Below, one piece after another: positions 26,457 to 35,010 of a DNA stretch of 64,000 nucleotides (the stretch's first letter is position 1; each line of letters begins with the position of its first letter). The position numbers and the translations under genes are program-made. The DNA is taken from positions 474,519 to 538,518 of the forward strand of contig CAKORJ010000001.1 of assembly GCA_934101575.1 (NCBI GenBank), given 5' to 3'. Source of the stretch: an uncultured Bacilli bacterium. GTDB lineage: Bacteria; Bacillota_I; Bacilli_A; RF39; UBA660. The notes beneath the pieces are model-generated. The model was not told where the DNA came from and did not search any database. It worked only from the letters and a program-made list of their open reading frames with translations.

Positions 26457-28862
26457 TTAAATCATTTTATACTTTCTATAAATTATATAACTTCCTCCAC
26501 CAATTAGTAATAATCCTCCAACTATTGTTGAAATAGCTACTACACTTCCTGTGTTTGGAACACTGATTTTTTTAGGACTATTGTATATTTTTAAGTGGTC
26601 TAGGTCAGTATCATCTTTTTCTTTTGATTTTTCTAATTTATATAAGTTTGATTTTGCACTTATTAATTTGATATTACCATCTGTTAATACTCTGAATTTA
26701 ACTTCTGTTTTTAATGTTTGATATCCTTTTGGTGCTAGTGTTTCAGTTAGAGTATAATCACCAATTGGAATTGCAAAGTCTTTTGGAGTTCCATCAGATT
26801 TATATTTTAGGAATGTTTCTCCTTTTTCATTTTTTATTTCTATTTTTGCACCTTTTATTTCTTTTTCGTTAGTAATATCAACTTTGCTTATTTTCATATC
26901 GATTGGTTTATTTGTTAGTGATATTGTTACTCTTTTTTGATATGTTTCATATTCAAATTCTTTTAATGCATCAGGTATTACTGTGTTATCACCATCTATA
27001 TATTTTTGTAATAGTGCTTTATCATTTTCATCTACTTTGTTATCTTTATTAACATCCGATGCGTAGAATTGAATCTTTGTTTCTTCTATTTTTTTAGCTA
27101 TAATGTCTTCGATTACTTTTATATCCTCTGCATCAATCTTTCCATCATTTGTTGGATCTCCTAAACGATATTTTTCATTTTCTATCATGATTTCGTCTTT
27201 TTCTGGAACAGCATTTGTTCCTTGTGATTTATATTTTAAAGCATCATTATCTTTATTTAATGTAAATTCATATGGCTCTTCTAAAATTTTATACCATGAA
27301 TCTGCTTTTACTTCGACTAATATATAATCTCCATAAGGGATGTCTACAAATTCAGCAATTCCTCTTTCATCTGTTTTTACGTTTTTAACTACATTACCAT
27401 GAATATCTACTGCTGGTTCTTTTTTAGGATTATTCTTTAATAATTGGAATTCTACTCCTGGAATTACTTTCTTTGTTTCAACATCTGTTTTAAGTATTGT
27501 TACATTACCATATGGTATGTTATAAACAGCTTGTACTACTTTTTCGTGATCTTCTAATATTTGTGCTCCTAGTGGGGTTCCAGAAGTGTTTTCTTTCCAA
27601 TCAGCTGTTACTTTTACTGGAATACAATTATTTTTTGCTCCTAGTTTTTCTAATTGATCACTATCTAATGCATAACCTTCAAGAATTGGGTCTATTTCTT
27701 TTACATAATATGTTCTTGATTCACCAAGTTTTAGTGGATAGTATAAATCATTCCATTCTATTATACCATTTTTGTCAGATTTTTTTGCTGGGAGTTCTTT
27801 TCCAAGATAATTTACAGCTTTTTTACTACATGTATCATCACTAAATATTCCAAATGTTGCACCTTTCATATTTTTACCTGTATACTTATCAATTTTATGA
27901 ATCTTAACTGTTCCTTTACCAATTTTTTCATATTGATATGGTGCATAACCTACTACTGTTTTATATTTAGGTACAAAATATTTTGTAGTTTGTATTCTTG
28001 TTCCTTTTCTTGTGTAAACTGTTCCGCCATCACTATATGTTCTTGACATGCTTATTGGTGTAGTAACACTGTCATCTTTTGAAGTGATTGTTAACGTATT
28101 TCCACTTTGTGTTGCTGTTACACTTGTTGGGTTAGAACCTAATTTAAATTTAGAAAATACTGCCTTTGTATCGGTCATACTTCCTGAAAAGTTTCTATTT
28201 GCCTCGCTATATTTTAGTATTGGTTTATCAGTAACTTTTTGTGCTGCTTCAACTGATGCATAGGCGAAACTAGGTATAACTTCATGATTTCTCATTTCTG
28301 TTAATAAATTGTATGCTAAGTCAACTACTGCCGATGCACTGCTTCCTGCAACTAAACTTGATATTGTTGATTTGCTAACTGAACTTTCAGATAGAATATT
28401 AAATCCACCATCAGCTTGTTGTTTTGTAGCCATCCATACAATTAACTGTGTAGCTAAAAAGTTATTGTTACATGTTGGTGTTGAAGTATTTGCTTGATAT
28501 CCGTATGCTAATGCTCTTGCAACCAAGTCACTATTAACATTTGCTGCGGATGCTATATAACTAGGATTATCACTATTGTTTAAATAATGTGCACTTCTTT
28601 CAACACAATATACTAAGTGTCCACTATTAGATACATAACCAGTAAAGTGGTCTGATGGGGTATTGTTGTTTTCTTCTTTCCACTCGTTCCAAACACTATT
28701 TATTATAAAGTATTGATGTTGGATACTACCGCTTGCTGGTCTTATTACACTTTTATCGCATTGTTTAACTGAGATTTCAGCTGCATCTACCTTTCCTATC
28801 CCTATTATACTTACTAACGCCATAAGTAATAACGCCATAAATATATTTATTTTTTTTGACAT
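26457..28862 (-). CDS. Sortase-anchored adhesin: thioester (TQxA-type) domain + Cna-B/SpaA-like repeats + internal dockerin-like module + VPNTG sorting signal
   Basis: Start placed at Met7 of the track ORF (AGGAG 7 nt upstream), followed by a signal peptide. Thioester motifs are LVYCVERSAH (Cys) and LATQLIVW (Gln), with ALAYGYQ between them. Three Ig-like repeats: GTVKIHKIDKYTGKNMKGATFGIF, GNVTILKTDVETKKVIPGVEFQLL, MKISKVDITNEKEIKGAKIEIKNEKG. C-terminus is VPNTG + hydrophobic stretch + RKYK. Confidence 0.8.
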   Translation of the reverse strand: MSKKINIFMALLLMALVSIIGIGKVDAAEISVKQCDKSVIRPASGSIQHQYFIINSVWNEWKEENNNTPSDHFTGYVSNSGHLVYCVERSAHYLNNSDNPSYIASAANVNSDLVARALAYGYQANTSTPTCNNNFLATQLIVWMATKQQADGGFNILSESSVSKSTISSLVAGSSASAVVDLAYNLLTEMRNHEVIPSFAYASVEAAQKVTDKPILKYSEANRNFSGSMTDTKAVFSKFKLGSNPTSVTATQSGNTLTITSKDDSVTTPISMSRTYSDGGTVYTRKGTRIQTTKYFVPKYKTVVGYAPYQYEKIGKGTVKIHKIDKYTGKNMKGATFGIFSDDTCSKKAVNYLGKELPAKKSDKNGIIEWNDLYYPLKLGESRTYYVKEIDPILEGYALDSDQLEKLGAKNNCIPVKVTADWKENTSGTPLGAQILEDHEKVVQAVYNIPYGNVTILKTDVETKKVIPGVEFQLLKNNPKKEPAVDIHGNVVKNVKTDERGIAEFVDIPYGDYILVEVKADSWYKILEEPYEFTLNKDNDALKYKSQGTNAVPEKDEIMIENEKYRLGDPTNDGKIDAEDIKVIEDIIAKKIEETKIQFYASDVNKDNKVDENDKALLQKYIDGDNTVIPDALKEFEYETYQKRVTISLTNKPIDMKISKVDITNEKEIKGAKIEIKNEKGETFLKYKSDGTPKDFAIPIGDYTLTETLAPKGYQTLKTEVKFRVLTDGNIKLISAKSNLYKLEKSKEKDDTDLDHLKIYNSPKKISVPNTGSVVAISTIVGGLLLIGGGSYIIYRKYKMI
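26547..26561 (-). other. Cell-wall sorting motif VPNTG of the adhesin
   Basis: GTT CCA AAC ACA GGA on the minus strand, followed by 23 mostly hydrophobic residues and RKYKMI. Confidence 0.7.
26991..27161 (-). other. Dockerin-like double EF-hand module inside the adhesin
   Basis: GDPTNDGKIDAEDIKVIEDIIAKK and SDVNKDNKVDENDKALLQKYIDG. These are two D-x-N-x-D-G/N-K-[IV]-D-x-x-D calcium loops, each followed by a helix, spaced as in type I dockerins. Confidence 0.6.
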
Positions 28863-28940
28863 TATATCACTCCTATTCATATAATCTAGACTAATTATAA
28901 CTTATTATTTTTAGAATAGCAATGATTTTTTTGATTATTT

Positions 28941-29573
28941 TTATTTTTGTTTTTCTTTTGACAAATGGAGTATTTTGAATATTTTTATATGTTTATCATT
29001 AAAATCTTTCAAGCTGTTTGTTAATGTTTTATATATATATTCTATGTTGTTATTTTCTTTGTTTGTAAACTCATAATATATATATATTAGTTTTTCTATT
29101 TCATTATTTTTGTACAGCTCTTTTATTTCTTTTTCTAGGGTTTCTTTTATTATATTTTCTTTTCTTGTTAAATTATTTTGTTTTTCTCTTCTTTTTTCTA
29201 ATATTTCATAACTAAATGTTATCATGTTTATGTTTTCTGATATTTCTAGGGTTTCTTCTTCTTCATCTAATAATAGTCTTGATACTTTTTCTACTTTGTT
29301 TTGTTTTATTAGGAGTCCTATTACTATTAACCCATCTGTTAATAAGCATATACTTCCAGCATTTTTTTCTCCATTCATTTCATACTTTGGTATTTTGTTT
29401 GTAAAGTTTGTGTCTAATAATACTTTATTTTGTGCTATGTCTTTTATTATTTTATTTGGTACTTTAAAGAGTATTACTTTTTTTACATATTTTATTTTAT
29501 CTTTTTCTTCCCATTCAAAATGTTCTATTAAATTGTTATTAAAGTTTAGCAATATATCATAAATATAAGTCAT
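28941..29573 (-). CDS. UPF0736/YjbA-like (DUF3603) cytoplasmic protein
   Basis: MTYIYDILLNFNNNLIEHFEWEEKDKIKYVKKVILFKV parallels Bacillus YjbA ([26 protein letters not shown]..; recollection). Start placed at Met22 of the track ORF (GAGGGA 6 nt upstream). Confidence 0.45.
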   Translation of the reverse strand: MTYIYDILLNFNNNLIEHFEWEEKDKIKYVKKVILFKVPNKIIKDIAQNKVLLDTNFTNKIPKYEMNGEKNAGSICLLTDGLIVIGLLIKQNKVEKVSRLLLDEEEETLEISENINMITFSYEILEKRREKQNNLTRKENIIKETLEKEIKELYKNNEIEKLIYIYYEFTNKENNNIEYIYKTLTNSLKDFNDKHIKIFKILHLSKEKQK

Positions 29574-29667
29574 ATTTGATCCCTCAAAAATAGTATATAC
29601 AATATTTTTAATTTTAATCTGTTTAATTTTTGACAAAAATAGTATATAATTAATTGTGGTGATTATA

Positions 29668-30477
29668 ATGATAGAAATAATTCAATATATAGTTTTGGGA
29701 ATAATACAAGGTTTTACGGAACCTATTCCTGTTTCTTCTTCTGGACATGTTATGATTTTAAACAATTTACTTAATACTAATATTGATATTGGACTTCTTG
29801 CTGTCCTTACTAATTTTGGTAGTTTAATTGCTATTATTGTTCTTTATTGGGATAGAATTAAGACTTTGTTTTTAGATTTTTTTAATTATCTTAAGAACGA
29901 TGATCCTTCTTCTAAGGAAAACTTTAGGTACTGTATTTTACTTATTGTTGCTACTATTCCTGCAGGGGTTATGGGACTTGTTGTTACTAAACTTGGACTT
30001 TTTGATGTTTTAGAGAAGAATATTAAATTTATTGGAGTTACTCTTCTTATTACTGCTGGTTTCTTATTTTTAATTAGAAATATTAAAGGTAAAAAAGATA
30101 ATAAACATATTACTTTAAAAGATGCTATTATTATTGGTTTGTTTCAGGTTATAGCTCTTGTTCCTGGTATTTCTAGAAGTGGTTCTACTATAGTTGGGGG
30201 TATGCTTAGAAATTTAAAACGTGATACAGCTTTTGATTTTTCTTTTTTACTTTATATTCCTATTAGTGTTGCTACTACTATGCTTGGTTTTAAAGATTTA
30301 TTTTCTAGTAACTTATCTTTTATTATTATTATTTATTATTTGATTGCTACTGTTATTGCTGGATTTGTTACTTACTTTGCTACTAAGTGGTTTAGGAATG
30401 TTGTTAAGAATGGAAAACTTATTTATTTTGTAATATATTGTCTAGTTGTGGGATTACTTGTTATTTTATTTCTATAA
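29668..30477 (+). CDS. uppP: Undecaprenyl-diphosphate phosphatase
   Basis: Motifs GIIQGFTEPIPVSSSGH and PGISRSGSTIVGG, with about 8 TM segments. Start placed at the ATG 5 nt after GGTGA (the track ORF is 4 codons longer). Confidence 0.9.
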   Translation: MIEIIQYIVLGIIQGFTEPIPVSSSGHVMILNNLLNTNIDIGLLAVLTNFGSLIAIIVLYWDRIKTLFLDFFNYLKNDDPSSKENFRYCILLIVATIPAGVMGLVVTKLGLFDVLEKNIKFIGVTLLITAGFLFLIRNIKGKKDNKHITLKDAIIIGLFQVIALVPGISRSGSTIVGGMLRNLKRDTAFDFSFLLYIPISVATTMLGFKDLFSSNLSFIIIIYYLIATVIAGFVTYFATKWFRNVVKNGKLIYFVIYCLVVGLLVILFL

Positions 30478-30505
30478 AAGTTCTAATTTGTAGAACTTTT
30501 TTTAT
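30477..30505 (+). terminator. Rho-independent terminator after uppP
   Basis: AAAGTTCTA-ATTTG-TAGAACTTT hairpin followed by TTTTTTATTTT. Confidence 0.55.
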
Positions 30506-30550
30506 TTTATTTTTTTATTTTTAGAATAGAGTTATCTAGGAGATGATTTT

Positions 30551-31456
30551 ATGACTATTGGTATCCCTAGATCACTTTTTTATTATAGGTATCAGACTCT
30601 TATTAAGGCTTTTTTTAATGAACTTGATGTTGATTATATTATATCTGATCCTACTACTAAGAAGACTTTGGAGGATGGTATTAAGCTTGCTCCTTCGGAA
30701 TCTTGTATTAGTATTAAGCTTTTTTTAGGACATGTTAATAATTTAGTTTCTAAATGTGATTATGTTTTTATACCTAGAATTGCTAGTATTAGAAAAAATG
30801 AGAAGATGTGTACTAACTTTTATGCTATTTATGACTTAGTTAATAATTTGTTTGATGTTAATATACTGGATATTAATATAGATGAGGATAACTCTAAACA
30901 TGAGAGGAATGCTTTTATAGAACTTGGTCTTTTTTTAGGTTTTTCTTTTAATAAAGTTTCTTCTTCTTATAAACGTGCTAAAGAAAAAGAAAAGAAGGTT
31001 CTTAATAATTTACTTCTTAAACAGACTAATATGTTAAATGGTAATAACAAGAAAGTTCTTTTAGTTGGACATCCTTATAATATTTATGATGAACTTATAG
31101 GTAAACCTATTATTAATATTTTAAAGGATAATGGTATTGATGTTATATACTCGGATATATATGATAGAAAGGATACTGATAAGGATTGTTTTATGATTTC
31201 TGATGGCGTATACTTTTCTATTAATAAAGAACTTATGGGTGCTACTTATAAATATAAAGATAATGTTGATGGTATTATTTTGGTTTCTTCTTTTCCATGT
31301 GGTCCTGATTCTATTTGTAATGAGATTATTATTAGAAAAGTTAAAGATATTCCTATAATTAATTTAATTGTAGATGAAGAGATGAGTGTTACTGGTCTTA
31401 TTACTAGACTTGAGAGTTTTATAGATATAATTAATAAGGAGGATGTTTATGAATGA
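30551..31456 (+). CDS. Acyl-CoA dehydratase activase-related protein (DUF2229 / HgdB-like subunit)
   Basis: 301 aa. MTIGIPRSLFYYRY, APSESCISIKLFLGH, MCTNFYA, and SSFPCGPDSICNE are typical of the DUF2229 halves of 'CoA-substrate-specific enzyme activase' proteins. Overlaps the next gene by 14 nt. Confidence 0.7.
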   Translation: MTIGIPRSLFYYRYQTLIKAFFNELDVDYIISDPTTKKTLEDGIKLAPSESCISIKLFLGHVNNLVSKCDYVFIPRIASIRKNEKMCTNFYAIYDLVNNLFDVNILDINIDEDNSKHERNAFIELGLFLGFSFNKVSSSYKRAKEKEKKVLNNLLLKQTNMLNGNNKKVLLVGHPYNIYDELIGKPIINILKDNGIDVIYSDIYDRKDTDKDCFMISDGVYFSINKELMGATYKYKDNVDGIILVSSFPCGPDSICNEIIIRKVKDIPIINLIVDEEMSVTGLITRLESFIDIINKEDVYE

Positions 31457-32510
31457 TAGAATAATATCTTTTCCTCATTTGGGTGATTATTCTTATTTTA
31501 TTAAACCTTTACTTTATAACGTTACTGGGTTTAAAGTGATGGTTGCTCCGCCTATTACTAAGAAAACTGTATCTTTAGGTAGTAAGTATTCCCCGGATTT
31601 TATATGCCTTCCTTTTAAATATAATTTGGGAAACTATATTGAAGCATTAGATAATGGTGCTAACGTTTTGTTTCAATTTGGTGGGGGTTGTAGATATGGT
31701 AATTATGGAACTTTACAAAAGACTATTTTAGAGGATTTAGGATATAATTTTTTGTTTTATGAGTTTATTAAAAATGGTAAAACTGGTTCTAATTATGTAT
31801 ATAGAATGTTTAAGGAAATTAATCCAGATTTATCTAGAAGTTGTTTGTTTAAGAATTTAGTTGTTATTTTTATAAAGATTATGTTATTTGATAAGTTAGA
31901 CGATTATAGGAGAAGAAAGGTTTTTTGTGATAATAAGGAAGCTAAGAGACTAAAATATAAGTTTATAAATGATGTTAAGGATGAGATAAATTTATTTAAA
32001 ATATTTAAGATTTGGAATAGATATTTTAAGAAGTTTAGGAAACTTAAGAAGAAGAAACCTATTTTAAAGATTGGTGTTATTGGAGAGCTTTATACTGCTA
32101 TGGAACCTTTTTCTACTTATAATTTAGAGGATGTTTTAAAAGATATGGATATTAGTGTTAAAAGGTTTACTGATGTTTCTTTTTTACTGATTTATAAGAA
32201 GATTTTATGGCCTTATGTTAAGTTTAAGACTCGTGATTATTTAAAGTATAAACAGGGAGCGGATGCTAGTTTTAATGTTTATAGGACTTTGTTTTTGAGT
32301 AAAAAGAAATATAATGGTATTATTCATACTAAACCTTTTGGGTGTACTCCGGAGGTATCTGTTATTCCTATTATTGATAAGATTGCGTGTGAGAAAAAAA
32401 TGCCTATTATGTATTTATCTTTTGATACTCAGTCTAGTGGTACGGGAATTAGGACTAGGCTTGAAGCTTTTATTGATATGCTTGTTATGAGAAAGGAAAA
32501 TAAAAAATGA
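31443..32510 (+). CDS. Acyl-CoA dehydratase activase-related protein (second DUF2229 / HgdA-like subunit)
   Basis: 355 aa. Motifs FPHLGDYSYFIKPLL, SPDFICLPFKYNLGN, GGGCRYGNYG, KPFGCTPEVS. ATGA overlap with the downstream ATPase gene. Confidence 0.7.
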   Translation: MFMNDRIISFPHLGDYSYFIKPLLYNVTGFKVMVAPPITKKTVSLGSKYSPDFICLPFKYNLGNYIEALDNGANVLFQFGGGCRYGNYGTLQKTILEDLGYNFLFYEFIKNGKTGSNYVYRMFKEINPDLSRSCLFKNLVVIFIKIMLFDKLDDYRRRKVFCDNKEAKRLKYKFINDVKDEINLFKIFKIWNRYFKKFRKLKKKKPILKIGVIGELYTAMEPFSTYNLEDVLKDMDISVKRFTDVSFLLIYKKILWPYVKFKTRDYLKYKQGADASFNVYRTLFLSKKKYNGIIHTKPFGCTPEVSVIPIIDKIACEKKMPIMYLSFDTQSSGTGIRTRLEAFIDMLVMRKENKK

Positions 32511-33451
32511 AAAAGAAAGCTTATTTGGGGATAGATATTGGTTCTATTTCTACTAAAGGTGTTATTATTGATAATGATAATAGGATTCTTGCTAAGGATT
32601 ATATTTGGACTAAGGGTGATCCTATTTGTGCTGTTAAGATGCTTCTTAATAATTTAAAGAGTCAGATTTCTGATGATTTTGTTGTGGTTTCTTCTGGGAC
32701 TACTGGGAGTGCTAGAAGATTAATTGGTATAATGATTGGTGCTAATGTTATTAAAAATGAGATTACTGCTCATGCTATTGGTACTTCTTCTTTTTACAAG
32801 GATGTTAGGACTATTTTTGAGATTGGTGGTCAGGATTCTAAAATTATTCTTGTTGAAAATGGTATTGTTACAGATTATGCTATGAATACTTTGTGTGCGG
32901 CGGGAACTGGGGCTTTTCTTTCTAGTCAGGCTAAGAGACTTGAGGTGGATATAAGGGATTTTGGAAAGATTGCTCTTACTTCAAAGAGTCCTACTAAGAT
33001 TGCTGCTAGATGTACTGTTTTTGCTGAATCTGATTTGGTTCATAAAGCTCAAATTGGTCATAAGAAAGAAGATATTATTGCAGGGCTTTGTGAGAGTGTT
33101 GTTAATAATTATTTAAATAATGTTGCTAAGGGTAAAAAAATAAAACCCCCCATTGTGTTTCAAGGCGGTGTTAGTAAAAATATTGGAGTTGTTAAAGCTT
33201 TTGAAAAGATAACTGGCGAGGATATTATTACTGATAATAATGGTCATTTGATGGGGGCTATCGGGGTTGCTATTTTGTCTAAGTCTTGTAAGGAAGAAGA
33301 ATTTGATTTTAATGTTTTGGATTTGAATTTTGAAACTAAGGGATATGAGTGTAAAAGATGTCCTAATCACTGTGAGATTATTGCTATAAAGAAAGATAAA
33401 AAAATTATTGATTCTTGGGGAAATCGTTGTGAAAGAGGTTCTCTTATTTAA
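32507..33451 (+). CDS. BadF/BadG/BcrA/BcrD-type ATPase (HgdC-like activase / archerase)
   Basis: 314 aa. ASKHA ATPase motifs YLGIDIGSISTKGVI and EIGGQDSK. Cluster-bridging Cys contexts TLCAAGTGAFL and AARCTVFAESD. C-terminal CxxCxxxC..C (ECKRCPNHCE..NRCE). Confidence 0.85.
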   Translation: MKKKAYLGIDIGSISTKGVIIDNDNRILAKDYIWTKGDPICAVKMLLNNLKSQISDDFVVVSSGTTGSARRLIGIMIGANVIKNEITAHAIGTSSFYKDVRTIFEIGGQDSKIILVENGIVTDYAMNTLCAAGTGAFLSSQAKRLEVDIRDFGKIALTSKSPTKIAARCTVFAESDLVHKAQIGHKKEDIIAGLCESVVNNYLNNVAKGKKIKPPIVFQGGVSKNIGVVKAFEKITGEDIITDNNGHLMGAIGVAILSKSCKEEEFDFNVLDLNFETKGYECKRCPNHCEIIAIKKDKKIIDSWGNRCERGSLI

Positions 33452-33477
33452 AAAGAGTTTTTTAAACTCTTTATTTT
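33451..33477. terminator. Hairpin between convergent genes (bidirectional terminator candidate)
   Basis: AAAGAGTT-TTTT-AAACTCTTT, flanked by A-run and T-run. Confidence 0.45.
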
Positions 33478-34073
33478 ACATCTATATGAATACTTGATGC
33501 CATGGTTGGTACTTTTGGGTATTCTTTTCTATATTTCCATCTTGCATAACCATTACAGTATGAGTAATACATTTTTAAACAATTATTAGCATACCAATTT
33601 ATTATTTTTTTTCTGTTTGCTAATCTTTTTACTGAGTAATTGGTATAGAAATCTATGGCTTTTCCTTTTGTATGTTTAGAACCTCTTATTCCTCCGATTA
33701 GGGTATTATATTTTGTACATCTTATTCCACTTGTTATATACACTGCTCCATATTTTTTTCTTATCTCTTGAGTATATTTCAATAGATTTATATCTAATAT
33801 TTCTGGGTATCCTGTACAATATCTTTCTGCACATCCACATTTAAATTCTTCTAATTTAAAGTTTTTGGTATATGTTTTTACTCTGTAAGCATTTATTAAA
33901 AGTTTTTCTGTGTTACTTCCATATATTCCATCTATATCTTTTTGCCTTTTAAAATACTTTTTTTGGAGTTTTTTATAGGCATTTTTTGTTTCTTTTCCTT
34001 CTATACTATCTATTTTTCCTTTATAAAAACCTAGTTTTTTTAGATATTGTTGTCTTTTCTTTATACTTAACAT
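33471..34073 (-). CDS. Peptidoglycan-binding domain + peptidase M15A (YcbK/DUF882-like) metallopeptidase
   Basis: 200 aa. PG_binding_1-like N-terminus (RQQYLKKLGFYKGKIDSIEGKETKNAYKKLQ). M15A blocks: EEFKCGC, ITSGIRCTKYN, GSKHTKGKAIDF, SSIHIDV. Confidence 0.7.
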   Translation of the reverse strand: MLSIKKRQQYLKKLGFYKGKIDSIEGKETKNAYKKLQKKYFKRQKDIDGIYGSNTEKLLINAYRVKTYTKNFKLEEFKCGCAERYCTGYPEILDINLLKYTQEIRKKYGAVYITSGIRCTKYNTLIGGIRGSKHTKGKAIDFYTNYSVKRLANRKKIINWYANNCLKMYYSYCNGYARWKYRKEYPKVPTMASSIHIDVK

Positions 34074-34139
34074 TTTATCCCTCCTAGTATATTTTATTAT
34101 ACTTATATATTTATAAAGATAGATTTAACCTAAAAAGAC

Positions 34140-34168
34140 TTGAAAACTTTTTAATATTATAGTATAAT
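34140..34168 (+). promoter_or_regulatory. Sigma-A-type promoter for tRNA-Arg
   Basis: TTGAAA (34140..34145), a 17-nt spacer, then TATAAT (34163..34168), 16 nt upstream of the mature tRNA 5' end. Confidence 0.55.
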
Positions 34169-34184
34169 TTATTTGTTGTTTGAA

Positions 34185-34261
34185 GCGCCCATAGCTCAAT
34201 TGGATAGAGCGTTTGGCTACGGACCAAGAGGTTGAGGGTTCAAATCCTTCTGGGCGCGCCA
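34185..34261 (+). tRNA. tRNA-Arg (anticodon ACG)
   Basis: Cloverleaf folded by hand: acceptor GCGCCCA/TGGGCGC, D-arm GCTC..GAGC, anticodon stem TTTGG/CCAAG with loop CTACGGA, T-arm GAGGG-TTCAAAT-CCTTC, encoded CCA. Confidence 0.92.
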
Positions 34262-34271
34262 TTTTGTAAGT

Positions 34272-34294
34272 AAAACCATTTGTGGTTTTTTTTT
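34272..34294 (+). terminator. Rho-independent terminator after tRNA-Arg
   Basis: AAACCA-TTTG-TGGTTT followed by a T-run. Confidence 0.55.
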
Positions 34295-34310
34295 GTACAA
34301 AAAAAATAGA

Positions 34311-35009
34311 CTATTTGTCTATTTCAAAATAATTACCACTATCGAGGAAGAGTTTTCCTGTTTTTCCTTCTAGTTTTGTTACCATTTCATCATATTTGTT
34401 AAAACTTTTAAACTTTGGTAAATTTATATATACTCTATTTGAATCGTTCATATATAATATGAATCTATCTTCATCGTATTTTGTTGGGGAATACATTATT
34501 TGAGATATTTTTTTTATTAAGATATAGTCTATTTTATTTAGTTTTTCTATTAGTTCTTTATATTTTGTATCTGGAACATAGTTTATTAATGATGGTATGT
34601 TTAGATCATACTCTTCTTTGTTTTCTATTTCTTTTCCATTTGATAGAACTATTTTGTTTTGGTCTTCTCTTATAAAATATGGTTTGTATTCTTCTATATA
34701 TATATTTATTTCAAATAAGATGTTTTTTGTTGTTTTTACTTCTTTTATGAAGGGGTTTTTCTTGAGTGTTTTAGTTATGTCTACTGTACTTGTTAAAAAG
34801 AAATTTGGGTTTTCTTCTAGATTTATACTATCTAATATTTCTGACTCTGGTAGATAACTATTACCGTGTACTATTATTGATTTAGCTGGAATTTTAAAGA
34901 CATATGCTCCGAGCATTATTATTATAAATGTTAGTAATAGTAAGAATCCTATTATTAATATAAATATTCTAAATTTTCTTTTACCCTTTTTTTCTTTTTT
35001 CTTACTCAT
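34311..35009 (-). CDS. divIB: Cell division protein DivIB/FtsQ (POTRA domain)
   Basis: 232 aa with a basic N-terminus and one TM. POTRA-like IIVHGNSYLPESEILDSINLEENPNFF. Immediately downstream of murG-murB, as in Bacillus. Confidence 0.7.
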   Translation of the reverse strand: MSKKKEKKGKRKFRIFILIIGFLLLLTFIIIMLGAYVFKIPAKSIIVHGNSYLPESEILDSINLEENPNFFLTSTVDITKTLKKNPFIKEVKTTKNILFEINIYIEEYKPYFIREDQNKIVLSNGKEIENKEEYDLNIPSLINYVPDTKYKELIEKLNKIDYILIKKISQIMYSPTKYDEDRFILYMNDSNRVYINLPKFKSFNKYDEMVTKLEGKTGKLFLDSGNYFEIDK

Positions 35010-35010
35010 A

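Noticed and set aside
26991-27161. Considered the dockerin-like module as evidence for a cellulosome.
   Set aside because: No cohesin-bearing scaffoldin or glycoside hydrolase gene is visible in the window. Dockerin-like modules occur widely outside cellulosomes.
21627-28862. Considered that the TM-anchored multi-hydrolase plus adhesin cluster is a Gram-positive conjugation (type IV secretion) module or an integrated element.
   Set aside because: The window has no VirB4/VirD4-type ATPase, relaxase, integrase, replication gene or flanking repeats. The neighbours are core genes (uppP, carboxypeptidases).
33113-33370. An 85-aa minus-strand ORF inside the activase ATPase gene.
   Set aside because: It is antisense to a strongly supported BcrAD/BadFG-type ATPase and is a composition artefact.
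30551-33451. Considered annotating the three-gene module as 2-hydroxyglutaryl-CoA dehydratase hgdCAB (glutamate fermentation).
   Set aside because: The two large subunits are of the short DUF2229 type rather than HgdA/HgdB. No CoA-transferase, dehydrogenase or decarboxylase genes accompany them. The substrate cannot be inferred.
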